Below, piece by piece: positions 36,634 to 50,600 of a DNA stretch of 64,000 nucleotides. Position numbers and translations under genes: made by a program. The notes beneath the pieces are model-generated. The model did no database searches. It was not told the origin of the DNA and saw nothing but the letters and a program-made list of their open reading frames with translations. Numbering within the stretch: position 1 is the stretch's first letter; the number at the start of each line of letters is the position of its first letter. This stretch comes from Eledone cirrhosa (taxonomy: Eukaryota), in the NCBI GenBank assembly GCA_964016885.1, contig OZ024745.1, forward strand, positions 73,780,001-73,844,000, written 5' to 3'.

Positions 36634-39600
36634 AGTTGCATTTATCTTGCTTTATGTTCATACGAGTTATCACCAAGTCACAACCAGTGACCTCAAGAGA
36701 CAACAAGGTCCGCCATGTTCAAGAAAGAACATACATATTCACACATGCATCTTTAGTGTTTAGACTTGTGATGTACTTATATTGACAGAATCTTCCTTAG
36801 TATATGGGCAGTTCCCATTAGTACTATCTTTTGTATTTCTCCTATACGCGGGTTTCCTGTGATTTGCGATATGTAATCATTAGACCCCTTAGGTATCATT
36901 CCCAGAGCGCCTACAACCACTGGTATTGTTTTAGTTCTCAATTTCCACATTTTTCCAATTTCTATCTCCAGGTCCTTATACTTGCTCAATTTTTCAAATG
37001 TTTTTATAGATACATTCTTGTCTATTGGAACAGACATATCAATTAGCAGGCATACCCTCTTTTGAAAGTCTTTCAATATTATATCAGGTCTGTTTGCATC
37101 TATTTTTCTGTCTGTTTGGATGCTAAAGTTCCACAAGATTGAGATGTGATCTTTTTCAAGTATGGGAGGTGGTTGATGCTTCCGCCAATTCTTTTGATGG
37201 GGCAGGTCAAAATGCTTACACATTATCCAATGTATGTATTGTGCAGCTCTGTCATGCCTGTTTAGGTATTCGGTTGGAGCTATAGGACTGCACATTGAAA
37301 TTATATGGTCAATGGTCTCTGGTTGTTTTTTGCATACACGGCATAATGGGCTGCACCCATTTTTTATTATGTTGGCTTGGTAATTTTTTGTTGGCAGACA
37401 CTGATCTTGTGCCGATATAATCAGTCCTTCAGTCTCCGATTTCAGTCCAGAGGATGCCAACCACTGATGGGTTAAAGTTTTGTCAACATCAGGATTGTTA
37501 GCTCGCTCTGGGTATTTTCCATACAGAGGCTTTTCTTGCCATTTCTTAGCCAGTTTCTGTAGCAGTTCTTTCTTTGCAGTTACTTTTACCTGCTTTGCTT
37601 TTTCTGTGTTTTCCATTTCAGCAGTAACTGGGACTTCTGAAATTTGTAGTCCATTACTGTATCTTTGTGCATCTTTTGTAATGGAATATGATCTTTTGAT
37701 GCTTTGGTGTTTCAAAAGGAGTTTGATCATCCAATCATGTGATTCCCTTAGATATGTAGATAATCCAATTGTTGCAGTTTTCAACGCAATGTCTAACTGG
37801 ATTAACCCACGTCCTCCTTCTTTCCTAGGGAGATATATTCTATCTATATCTGCCTTAGGGTGATGCATTCTGTGCATGGTTAAGAATTTTCAAATTTTTG
37901 TATCGAGCCTACGGATCTCTGTGCTTGACCAGTTGATGACATTGTAACTGTAGGTTACTACTGGTATGGCAAGCGTGTTTATGGCATCGATCCTATTCCT
38001 TGCATTCAATTCCGTTCTTAAGATTGCTCTTACTCTGCGGTAACATTCCTTCCTTATCCTTTCCCTCATTGTCGAGTGCTTGATTCCGTCTCCTTCACAA
38101 ACACCTAGATATTTGTAAGTTTTTTCTTGATCAAGTTCTCTTATCACGTTCCCCCGATCAAGATTAATGTCTGAACTCTTCAGCAGCTTTCCTCTGGTGA
38201 ACGTTGCTTTGGCGCATTTATCTAGTCCAAACTCCATTTTAATGTCATCACTGAACTGCTTCACAGTGGATAATAGCCCTTGCAATTGTTCATCATTTTT
38301 TGCAAATAGTTTCAGGTCATCCATGTAGAACAGGTGATTAATGGTTTTGTCATAGACTTTATATCCATGTTTTGTTTCATTGAACATTTTACTTAATGGT
38401 ATAAGTGCGATGCAGAATAAAAGCGGTGATAAAGAGTCACCCTGAAAAATTCCACAATTAATATTAACTTCTCCAGCTTCCAGTGATTTTGTTTCACTAT
38501 TCAAAAGGAGTGTCGTTTTCCATGTCTTCATACTGAATGACAAAAACCTCCTGACAACGGGGGATATTTTGAAAATCTCTAAACATTTTTCAATCCAACT
38601 GTGTGGCAAACTATCGAATGCTTTTTTATAATCTATCCAAGCAATCGATAGATTTTTGTGTCTATTATGACAATCTTCCAGTATCATTTTGTTAACCCGA
38701 AGCTGATCCTTACAGCCATATGAGCCTCGTTTACACCCTTTCTGCTCAATGGGAAATAGGTCATTTGTTATCAGGTGGTCATATGTGTATTCAGTTAGGA
38801 CTGATGTTAAAATTTTATACATTGTGGTGAAGCAAGTTATCGGTCTGTAATTTTTGGGATTGTTTGTCTCATCATTCTTCGGAAGCAGGAATGTAATGCC
38901 GTTAACTAGCCATGAAGGTATCTTTTCTGGCTCCTTAACTATTTCATTGTAAAGTTGAGCTAACAGTTCATGAGACTCTGTGAAGGCATTTATCCAAAAG
39001 TTTTGTATTTTGTCTTTTCCTGGAGATTTCCATTTGCTGGTTTTTCTTAGAGCCAAGCGCAACTGTTCAACTGTTATATTTTCCCATGTTTGCTCCTCAA
39101 GGTGAGCTGTATCTTTCATTTGTCTGTCTATCCATGGGGCATGTATGTTATGAACTTTTTCTTCGGCCCAGATCTTTTCCCAGAATTCTTGCACTTCCTC
39201 CTTGGGTGGTATTGATTTAGCAGTTATTGTTGACTTACCAATTTTTCTATAGAAGTTTCTTTGGTTGTTTTTGAACATATTATTGTCCTTATAGAATCTA
39301 GATCGTTTTTCAAAGCGCCTTATACGAGCAGCTTTGGCCGACACTTTTTGCTTGATTATTTCTATCAGCATGTCTATGTCACATGTTGATTTTATACTGT
39401 ACTCTTTTTTCAATTTTCTAAGTTTAGTTTGTTTAACATGTTCACCTACTTTATAGTTTGTTAAAATTTCTATGTCAGATCGGAGAAGGTTTATTTGGCG
39501 ATTGATGTTCTCTTGCCATGTAGATTTCTTGTGGGAATTCCTTTGTTTTTTCATCTTCACTCCACATAAGTGAGTGGTGACTTTAGCCGATGCATAATAG

Positions 39601-39666
39601 AGATGATTTAAATCAGTAATGTTTAGTTTGTTTGTGATGATAATGGTTTTGAGAATTATGTTAGTC
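36633..39666 (-). mobile_element. R4/Dong-clade RLE non-LTR retrotransposon, 5'-truncated
   Basis: A single RT-CCHC-RLE reading frame stays open into the upstream (AAT)n. A ~144-nt 3'UTR is followed by (TAA)n on the coding strand. Confidence 0.92.
36777..39666 (-). pseudogene. RT plus restriction-like endonuclease ORF with one in-frame stop (37890-37892)
   Basis: Motifs NYRPITC, IDYKKAFDS, GIFQGDSLSPLLF, FYMDDLK, CRVCKKQPETIDHIISMC, RHD and NRPDIILKD..IDMSVP..KLSKYKDL. ORFs 37890-39560 and 36777-37877 are in the same frame (DTKI*KFLTMH). Confidence 0.92.
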
Positions 39667-39707
<41 letters not shown>

Positions 39708-39916
39708 GGTGACCTACGTAGTAAATCGTATCATCGTGAGCTCCGCAAAGGTTTGTTATTTCCGTTTGTTAAAAACTGCCATTTATGGAAAAAGTTTATT
39801 GTTAACTATATATAAGCGCACATACACAGTTTTCCGAAAAGGACACCCAAAAAGATTGGGGCCTTGTGCCCAAAATTTAAACTTTTATGATTATCAAAAA
39901 ATTTCTTTGAAAAAAA

Positions 39917-41812
39917 ATGGCTAATTCACCTCTGCACCAAGCAGCTGAGAGCCTTCCTCACAAATTAACACCTCACACCGACACCACCATTGTACTATAC
40001 CAACACTAAAAAAAATATAAGCAGTAGCAATATTTTAAATTTGTCTCAGGCAGACATTCATTTCCCGCCATTACCAATGACTGCAGGTGTTAAAGCCGCC
40101 ACCACCACCATCACCACCGCGACAACCACCACCCCCACCACAACCGCGACAACAGAAACAAAAGAAAAAAATAAATGAACTCGTGATGTCGAAATGTTTA
40201 CAACCAAAATGGACTCATCCAGACCGAACACCAACTGACGTCACCACCATCACAACTGAAACTAAAATTAATAATAACAAAAATAACGATAACAACAACA
40301 GCAACAATGACATTAAAAAAAACACCCTGAGTTTTGCCAGAGTAGCAAAACAGTGCGAAGCATTTTCGGTAACTCAGGAGGAATTAGAAATTGCTAAAAA
40401 AATGGTAAAGAAAGATGGGTACAGGGTCAGCCCCCCCCCATAATAAAATGGAGCATCGGCGCCTATGAACCGTGTCGTATCGAACAATTAATTTAAAATT
40501 TCGCCGAGTGGAACGGGCATCCGAGTCCCAAATCCAAAAAGCTTTGGGACATGTGTGGGCAAGAAAAACCCACATCAGACGTGGGCAAAAGTATGGAACC
40601 GTGGACGTGTTCTTTGAAACACCAGAATAGGCTAGAGAACACTCCATGGCACCATTAAGAAGTGACGACTTATCACTCGTCCCAAGCTATTGTGGCCAGA
40701 GACTCGTAAAGATCAGGGTGACCCACGTTCCACCGGCCATCGAAATTCCCTGGCTAATAGCGGCCGTCCTCGCCGGCATTGAAGCCAAAAGAAAAGCAGG
40801 AGAACTGGTCCGGATCTGGGATGGAGCTCCTGATCCAAGCGGACCACAAAAGCATTGAGGAGATCCCAGAGGTAATAGACCTCACTGACGGTAGCCACCT
40901 CACCGTAATTGTCGAGGGCAGAAGGCCTAGGTGTGTCGTTTGTGGTGAAGGAACCCACCTAAGGGCTTTCTGCCCTCAGGCTAAAAGTTTGAGGCCACCT
41001 CTCCTACCCACCGCAGTGACTCAACCATCAACACCGCAAGTAGCAGAGATGGCAGCAACAACTGTAGCAGCAACAACAGAAGCAACTATAACAGCAACAA
41101 CCCCAGCAACAGTAGCAAAACCAACACCACCACCACCAACAAAACCAACACCACCACCACCCAATACTTCAGAACTATCACCAGCGGCTACACCATCCAC
41201 CACGCCACAACCAAAACTAACGCCTGTGGAGGATTTTCCACTCCCCGCCCTATCACAACTGGAGACAGATTGTGACGACGAGAAGTGGGAAACGGTATCA
41301 GGAAAAAAAAAAGAAATCAAAAAAGAAAAAATTCTCTTCCTTCCCCCTCCAAAAACAAAATACAGAGGGAAACAAATAAATTAAGAAACAAAAAAGTTAG
41401 GACAGATATGCCACCATCCACAACAGCATCATCAACCCCATCACCCCAAACACCAACACCATCACCATCATTAACCCCAACACCACCATCACCTACACTA
41501 CAAAAGACACCAAAATGCGAAACAGAAACAAACCCACAACAAACGCAAACAAAACAAAACAACCAAAACGATACACACTACACAGCATTAAATTTGAACA
41601 ACAACCAATTATTACACTACATCCAACACAACACCAGCATCACAGAAAAAGACTACACAACAACCTAAAAATTCACACCACCTCCACACATACAAATCAC
41701 TCGCATCACACAGAAAACGTACATGACACTAAAACAAAAATTCCCCAAAGACATCGGAGACTTCCGACAGGCACTCTCCAGGAGGATTTATAAGGACATC
41801 CTTCCCGAGGAG
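39917..41812 (+). pseudogene. Disrupted B-type ORF1
   Basis: AAAATGGCT start; fragments LSFARVAK..EELEIAKKMVKK, LVPSYCGQRLVKIRVTHVPP, EGRRPRCVVCGEGTHLRAFC and KQKFPKDIGDFR; several stops and frameshifts. Confidence 0.85.
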
Positions 41813-44800
41813 GCCATCAGCGAAACCAGAATCTCGAAGCACGGGCCTTCGTACCGATCTTCGGCGGCTACGATGTGTACGCATCTCTCAGCCGTCCGGG
41901 ATCGGGGGGAGGAGTTGCTGTGCTTTTTCGGAGAGGTTTGGATCTTTCCATACGGGCCATCTTCCTGGACCCAGAAGGTAAGTTGGTGGTGCTGGACGTG
42001 ACCAGCGGAGAAGGGCAAGCTTTCAGGTTAGTGGCCGTCTATGCCCCGACAGGAGCAGGGCGGCCTGATTTCTTCCGGCGTCTGGAGACCTTTCTTGGAA
42101 CGTCCCGCTCTTTAGTGTTAGTGGGCGACTGGAACGGGATCTTAGATGCACGCTGGGATGGTGTGGGATTAGTGGATAGAGAAGGCGGGTGCAAGAGTCT
42201 CACCAACCTGCTCAGGCGTTTTGAACTGTCTGACAGGTACCGAATGGATTTCCCGAATGTACCAATGTGGACTTGGACAAATCGCATAGGGTCATCCAGA
42301 TCATATCTAGATAGAGTATTTTGTAGAGAAATAGATGGGTCTAGAATAGGCTGTCCACAATTCAAGATAGTCAGCTACACGGACCACAAATTCGTGATCT
42401 GTGTGCTTGACTTAGATAGGCTTCATAGACGAGGACCCGGCTACTGGAAGCTAAACGCGTCCTTACCTGCGCGCAAGGCCTACAGGGACCGGATTAGCGA
42501 ACTAGTTAAGCGGGCGTTGACGGGGCCATCGTCAACAACAAGTGGTGGTTTGCTCTGAAAAGAGCAATTAGAATAGAGTCCATTAGGTTTAGTAAGTCGT
42601 TAGCAATAGAGAAAAATAGAGCAGAGGGAGAATTAGTTAGAAAATTAACACGAGGCGCTTAGCAAAGGCATCGCGACCGACGTACTTGCGGCGAAATTGG
42701 CCCTTGACCAATTCTTCAATGCAAAGCACGAAGGCTGCGTTGTCAGAGCTAGGGTGCGTGCTCTCAGACACGAGGGGACGAATGCTGTTCAATGGGCCCA
42801 AGTGGTGGAGGCGCGTCGTGGCAATAAAGCCACGATCCGGTCTTTGGTGGACCACGACGGGCGCATGCTACTTGATCCCGGACAAATGTGTGACGCTTTC
42901 CAGCGACACTTCGCTCAACTGTTCAGGGGCGGTGGCGGGCCGGGTAGAGGGATAGACTTTAGTGTCTACCTCGACGGACTGCCGCGGCTTTCGGCCACTG
43001 AGGCGGAGTGTTGCGAAAAGCCGATAACAACCGCTGAAGTACGGGAGGCAATGACTGGCTGCACAAGGGGTAAATCGCCTGGTTTGGATGGTCTGCCCTA
43101 TGAACTTTACGTACAAATGCCATACTTGTTCGGAGGCCTCTTGGCGGACGTCTACTGCAACTGGCAACAGAACGGGAGAATTCCCAGCTCTGTGAGCCGA
43201 GGAGCGGTGGCGCTGCTGAGAAAGGATCCGAACAAGGGTGATAACATAGATAATTTTAGGCCCATAATTCTGCTAAACAGAGTTCAAGATGTTGGCCAAG
43301 GTGCTAGCAAAGAGGTTGGCGCTTGTCATTGGTGGTCTGGTGGGAGAGGCACAGACATGCGCCATTCCCGACAGATCCATCCACGACAACCTCCACCTCA
43401 TGCGATACATCGTAGAGAGGGTAGCTAGGGAACCTGGCACGGGTGGGTCCTTGATCAATTTAGATCAGTCGAAAGCTTTCGATAGGGTCGACCATCGTTA
43501 CCTAGCGGCAGTCCTGAGGGCGGCTGGCTTTGGGCCCGTCTTCAGAGGCTGGATCGCTGCCATGCACAGCGACATCTGCTCGGTGGTGAGAGTGAACGGT
43601 CACCTTTCGGAACCGTTCAACATCATGCGATCAGTCCGCCAAGGATGTCCCTCTCGTCCCTCTTGTACGTATTGACTCTCGAGCCATTACTGCACAAACT
43701 GGAGACGTTGAGGGGGGTCCCGCGCGAACTAGGATGCGGAAGATCCGTGTCAGCATATGCGGACGATGTCACCGTAGTGGTGTCGAACGCCAAACACATC
43801 GAGGTGATCGGCACTACACTAAGAGAATACAAAGCTGTGACAGGAGCAATGATCAACCAGGAAAAGTCAGTGGGCCTGCAGCTCGGCACCTGGAGAGGCA
43901 GGTCCATGCCGTCCAACAGCGTCGTCGGGCGCTGGACGGACGGACCGGTTAAATTGCTAAGGGTCTGGTTCGGTCCGGACCTCCAGACGGACAAAAACTG
44001 GGACGAGGTGACGAGCAGGGTGGCTTCTCTCACCCAGAAATGGGCCGAGAGGAAGCTATCCCTGAAAGGTCGAGTGGAGGTGGCTAACGCGTACATTGCG
44101 TCCGTCATCTGCTACCGCCTGACCGTCGTACCTTGTCCTAAGCCCCGCCTGACTGCGCTGGAGCGTTTGCTCTTTCGCTTTTTGTGGAAGGGACGCGCTC
44201 CGATGGTCAGGCGGTCCATCTGCTGTCAACACCCGCTACGTGGAGGGCTGGGTATGTCGTGGCTGATGATGCGCAGACACGCGCTCAGGCTACGACATCT
44301 CCACCTCTTCCTCGACGGTGATCAGGTGTGGTCGCCGTTTGCTAGACACGTCTTTCCACAGCTCGTCTCCTTGACGGAGCTGCAGTCCTGGGTCAAGCGA
44401 AGACCGAGTGGGAGCGCTTGTAGACTGGAATGTCTTCAGGCGCTCACAGCCCTCGACCAATCGGGCAATGTGATCGGTGGAAACTCCACCTTGGCGTTCT
44501 ATAGAGGATTAGTGGAGGGGAAGAGCGATGACGTACTTGGAGAAACTCTAGGCATCGACGAAAATCAACTAGCCCAATCTCTTCGGATGAACTTTCGGGC
44601 CGGGGCCTATGGACAACTTCCAGAAATCCCTGGCCTGGCAGTGCTACCGAGGAGCTTTGCCGTTTCGGGATAAACTCTACAAGCTTGGAGGTGACGTCAG
44701 CCGGGCATGTCCGAGATGCGCGCAGGGCGACCAAACCGTCCTTCACGCACTCGTCCAGTGTCGGAGCATTGCTGACTTGTGGGTTTATGTCGAACACCTG

Positions 44801-45132
44801 CTGTCACGTGTAGGACGGATCCAGCTATCAGCTGAGTCCATCGTGAGGATTGCCCCGCCCTCTTTCTTTAACCGGGAAGGGAAGTCAGTTTTTATCTGTC
44901 TGGTGGCCATGGCGAAAGAGATAGTATGGTGGACACGTTTGAAAGGGCTGAAGATGAACACTTACCTCTTCGGTGATGCCCTGATTAACTTTTTCAAATT
45001 TCATTTGAAAAGGAAAATCAGGGTAGAGAGGGATGTGCTCTCTTCCCAGCATTTTGTTGAAAGATGGGTGAGAGATGGGTGAGAAGCAAGTATGGCCTGA
45101 GTGAATGGGCCTACTCTGAGTATGTGTCTGTA
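41813..45132 (+). pseudogene. Disrupted ORF2 lacking its first ~35 codons
   Basis: Begins at AISETRIS. Collinear fragments 41875-42558, 42697-43428, 43289-43675, 43645-44673 and 44609-45082 are separated by frameshifts. Confidence 0.92.
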
Positions 45133-45612
45133 AATTAAAGGTGGAAAACTGGGAGAGGGCACTTGACCTGGTGGTCAGGGTCACTGTGGCCTTTTAATGG
45201 GCTTTTTCCACAAATGTCCCTCGGAAGTGTTCCCCCTATTGGGGAAATTTTCATTGTTATTTTTTGTTATATCATTTTTTGGGGTTTTTTTACACGCAGA
45301 AATGCCCGTTTGTACCGTCCTGTATTGTCCTGTACTTTCCTTAATGTCTACTTTATGTAAACCCTTGTGGTTAATAAAGAAAGCATTATTATTATTATTA
45401 TTATTATTGGTCTAAGCGGACGTATTTTGCTCGCTCCCAGTAAGTAGCTTTATCTGCCTGTTAAAATTATTTGTTGTTAAATATTTCTTGTTGTGTAAGG
45501 AATATAATCACTTTGACTTTGCCCTGTGAAGGGGACAGTATAATATTTGGGCCTTTTGCCCCAAATATTTGAATTATTTTTACATGTTAAAACATTTACG
45601 GAGAGAAAAAAC

Positions 45613-47574
45613 ATGGCTGAGCCACGCCCCCCAGCGATATGTCTGCTGTCGTGCGACAACGACGTGGAAGTTGAGAGGAGCGCTACAGCGAAATTAACAC
45701 AAATTGATAACACAAACACCACCACAAACAAGGTAAACAAAGACACCAATGATACCAATGAGAACTCTAATTTTGAAAAAAATGACAGTAACAGCGACAA
45801 CGAAAATACAGATAACAAAAAAAAAAATAACAAATACAACAACAATATCAACACCACTAACATGAAAACAAATAGCGACAACACCAACAGCAACAATACC
45901 AACTGCACCGAGAACAACGGTGGCAACAAAGACAACAATGATAAGAGCGACAGTGCTAACAACAACACCAACAAGAACAACGACAACGACCACAACATCC
46001 CCAACGAAAACAAGAACACATTCGCTGCGGCAGCAGCAAAAAAGAGGCCATGCTTCAACATGGACATCTCAAACAAAGATGGAAAGTTGGCCCAGGCATG
46101 GAAGCTCATCAAGCAAGAGCAAACCTGGGCCAACTTAACTGTCCCGGTAGAAGCTATTGAGGCAGTGGAGTGCAGAACGGTGCATTATAGATGCATCTCA
46201 GCACAAACCAAAAGGGCAGCTTTAATCCAACAAGAAGATGTCGAAGTCGCGCTGAGGTGCATCAGAGAAAACACCGAATACATAGAGAGGGGCAGACAGT
46301 ACGGCACCATTTCGGTGTTGTTCAAGTCAGAATCCCTCGCTATGAAACACGCTATGACTCCTTGCAAAACCAGCAAGGTCATAATTTACTCCTCCCACAT
46401 GGGAAAAAGAACGGCCCGTCTCCGCATTCCCAGAATCCCACCAGGACTTGACATGTGGTGGCTTCTGTGATGTGTGATTGTGGAGGGGGCGGATACAGTC
46501 CCTATAGAAGTGACCAGAACGGCCAGAGAGGATTGGTCCGGGGTTGACCTGGAGATCCTTCTCCAGATCAGGCCCGAGAATATGAAGACAATCCCGGACC
46601 ACATCCGCCTTCAGAATGGGACGGTCATTCACATTATGACCGAAGGCAAAAGGCCGCAGTGTTTTGTTTGTGGGGAAAAAACCCATTTGCGAGCCTTCTG
46701 CCCTCAACTGCTGAAAGAGGCAAGGGGTAGAAAGGCTCCACTGCTGCCGACGTCGAGGCGAGGACCACAACCAACACCAGCACCGGCAAAACCACCAACA
46801 ACAACACCAATAGAAAGACCACCACCAACATTGACCACCGAGGGGGGAAACGAGGAAAGCTGTCAAATTCCCCCTCCCTCCCCAAATACACACACCAATA
46901 AAACCATAAACATACATACATACATACTTACAGACACAGACCCCTCATCTACCAGTAGTGAAGATGAGGGAAAACCAAAATACAAAAAAGGCAACACAAA
47001 AAGAAAAAAAAACTCAACAAAGCACAAAATCACGCACAATAAAAAACGCAGACACCACCCACGCAAACATCTCTCCAATAACACCAACATCAACACCATC
47101 ACCAGAATGCCCCAAACGCAAACAACCTAAACAGACGCAAGAACAAATATACACACAAACATCTGAAACCACAGACACCGCACTCACAACAAACACAGAT
47201 ACAACCGAAACAACACCACCAAAACCATCACCACCACAGCCACGCAAACAAATAAAATCACACCAACAAAACATACAAAACTTCGTACTCGTTAGGAGGG
47301 CCAACAAGGAACTGATGGTCCTTGTAGCATGAAGTGAAAATATACAAAAAGAGGCGGAAATTTTAAATCAAGCACATTTCGCGTGCCGGAAGATTTGGTT
47401 CTGGTGCGAATGTCGCTCGACATATTCAAAGAAATACGAGACAGCTTTCCTCGGGACGTGGGAACCCCGAACGTAAAACCCACTTCAAGACATTTAAAGG
47501 GGTTCCCAAAAGAAACCCCACTAACTATGGAGGTCGAACAACCCGACCTTCACAAGAGCCCGGAAGGTAAGTAA
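45613..47574 (+). pseudogene. Disrupted C-type ORF1
   Basis: MAEPRPP start, Asn-rich segment, NTFAAAAAK, EGKRPQCFVCGEKTHLRAFC, IRDSFPRDVG. There is a stop at 46468-46470 and further breaks. Confidence 0.85.
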
Positions 47575-47605
47575 ACCTTCCTCTCTCTCTGTTTAACCTG
47601 CCAAC

Positions 47606-50600
47606 ATGGCCGTATTAAGAGTAGGATGTTTAAATGTTCGAGGCCTGGGATCGTCCTGGAAGCAGGGTCACCTGATCAACGAACTCAGGTCTATAGAAAT
47701 GGATGTAATTGCAGTCAGCGAGACCAGGATTTCTGACATGCGCGCACTAGACCCCATTTTCGACGACTATCAGATCTTTGCATCTGTTAGCCGGCCGGGA
47801 ATGGGAGGCGAGGTGGCAGTGTTGTTTAGGAAAGGCCTGGATCTCGAGGTAAGGTCGATCTTCCGGGACCCGGACGGGAAGTTGGTGGTCCTGGACGTGA
47901 ACAATAATGAAGGTGGTGCCTTTAGACTGGTGGCCGTCTATGCTCCTACTTGGGCAGGACGGCCGGACTTCTTTAGACGCCTGGAAGCCTTTCTGGGTAC
48001 ATCTCGCCAATTTACTGTTAGCGGGGGACTGGAACGGCTTCTTAGACGCACGCTGGGACTGTGTGGGAGTATCCGATAGGAGCGGGTGGTGCAAAAGCCT
48101 CAAGAACCTGAGCAGCCAGTTCCCTCTGTCTGACAGGTACCGACTAGATTTCCCTACTGCGCCAGTGTGGATGTGGGCTAACCGCATCGGGTCATCTAGA
48201 TCGTATATAGACAGGATATTCATTAGGAAAATAGACAGAAATAGTGTAAGCTGTCCACGTTTTGAAACGGTCACCTATTCAGATCACAAGTTTGTGATCT
48301 GTATGGTCGACCTAGATAAGACGCGTAGGTTAGGACCTGGTTACTGGAAGCTAAACATGTCATTTCCGGCACGCAAGGCTTACAGGGACCAGGTCAACAA
48401 TTTAGTTAAGAAAAAGTTGACAAGGGGAATCGTCAACAATAGATGGTGGGGGGCTCTCAAAAGAGATATTTGAGTAATGTCGATAGAATTTAGCAAAAAG
48501 TAGCATTAGAGAAAAATAGAAAGGAGGGGGAGTTGGTAGATAAGTTAGACGAGGCTATTGGTAGTGGCATTGCAACTGATGTGCTAGCGGCGAGAATGGC
48601 ATTAGACCATTTCTTCAATGCGAAACACGAAGGTTGCATTGTCAGAGCTAAGGCGCGTGCTCTGAGAAACGAGGGAACCAAAGCTGTTCGATGGGCCCGC
48701 GTGACAGAGGCGCAGCGTGGTAATAAAACCACGATTTTGTCTTTGACGGACCGAGACGGGCACGAGCTGAGCGATACCAAGAGGATGTGTGAGGCCTTTC
48801 GCCAACATTTTGCTTGGTTGTTCGGGGGAAGTGGCGGGTCAGAGATGGTGGCGGACTTCAGTCCCTACCTCGATGGCTTGCCGCAACTCTCGACGGCTGA
48901 CGCTGGGCGCTGCGGAAGGCCAATTACTTCAGCCGAGATTCAGGATGCCCTTGTCGGCTGCATGAGGCGCAAGTCACCCAGTTTGGATGGTCTTCCCTAC
49001 GAGCTTTACGTAAATATGCCAGACTTGTTCTCTAATCTCCTCGAAGCCCTCTACTGCAACTGGCAGCAAAACGGGAGTATTCCCAGTTCTGTGAGCCGGG
49101 GCGTAGTGACGCTGATAAGGAAAGACGAGAACAAGAGGGACACATTAGACAATTTCAGGCCCATAACTCTGCTCAACACAGAGTTTAAGATTTTGGCCAG
49201 GGTGTTAGCGAAGAGGTTGGCGCTTGTCGTCGTGGATTTGTATGGGAAGGCGCAAACTTGCGCAATCCCAACCAGGTCCATACACGACAACCTCCACCTA
49301 ATGCGATACACCATAGAGAGGGTAGGGTGTAAACCTGGCTTCGGTGGAGCTCTGATCAATTTAGATCAATCGAAAGCATTCGATAGGGTCGACCATCGGT
49401 ACCTGGAGGCTGTCCTCAAGGCGGCTGGCTTCGGCCCCGTCTTCAGAAGCTGGATCGCTGCAATGCACAGCGGCACCTGCTCGATGGTCAAAATTAATGG
49501 CCACCTCTCGGAACCGTTTCAGGTCTCCCGATCGGTCCGTCAAGGGTGCCCTCTCTCCTCCCTTCTGTACATATTGACTCTCGAGCCTTTACTGCGGAGG
49601 CTGGAGCTGTTGCAGGGCATCCCGCTCGAACCGGGAGGCGGAAAGGCTGTGTCGGCTTATGCGGACGACATCACCGTGATGGTGTCGGACACCTCAGAAA
49701 TCGAGGTGGTCGGCAACTTATTGGAGGAATATGAAAGGTTGACGAGAGCAAAACTTAACCCGGAAAAGTCAGTGGGCTTGCAACTCGGCACCTGGAGAGG
49801 CAAGTCCATGCCATCCAACAGCGTCGTTAGGCGCTGGGCGGACGAACCGATAAAGTTGCTAGGGGTTTGGTTCGGGCCAGACCTCCAAGTGGGTAAGAAT
49901 TGGGACGAGGTGACGGGCAGGGTAGTCAGTCTCACCCAGAAATGGGCTGGGATGAAGCTATCACTGAAAGGTCGGGCGGAGGTGGCGAACGCGTACATCG
50001 CGTCCGTCGTCTACTACCGTCTGACTGTCGTCCCTTGCCTCCGTTCGCGCCTCGCCATCTTGGAGCGGCTCCTCTTCAAATTCTTGTGGAGGGGTCAGGT
50101 TCCGCTGGTGAGGCGGTCCATCTGCTGCCAGCACCCTCTAGGTGGAGGGCTGGGCATGCCGTGGCTAATGATGCGCAGGCACGCGCTGAGGCTGCGGCAT
50201 CTCCAGATATTCTGCCTAAACGGTGAACAGGTGTGGTCGCCGTTTGTCAGACGGGCCTTTCCGCAGCTCGTTTCCTTCACTGAGTTGCAGTCCTGGGTCA
50301 AGAAGAGACCGAGACTGGGTGACTGGCATCTGGAATGTTGCCAGGCACTCACTGCCCTCTACCAGGCGGGCAATGCGATCAGTGGAACTTCCACTCTCGA
50401 GTTCTATAGAGGATTAGTGGGGGGCAATTGCGACGACGCACTCTGAGAGGTTCTGGGAGTCAACGAAGTCGAACTAACCAGTCTGTACCGGAGGACTTTC
50501 GAGCCGGGGACGATGGATAATTTCCAAAAATCCCTCGCTTGGCAATGCTACCGTGGGGCACTGCCGGTTCGAGATAAACTCTACAGGCACGGAAGTGCTG

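Larger units (their letters stand above)
39708..45384 (+). mobile_element. Tx1-type copy 2: B-type 5'UTR/ORF1 joined to an A-like ORF2, disrupted
   Basis: Starts GGTGACCTACG after (ATT)n. ORF1 is only protein-level similar to A, while ORF2 and the 3'UTR are close to A. It ends AATAAAGAAAGC followed by (ATT)n. Confidence 0.92.
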
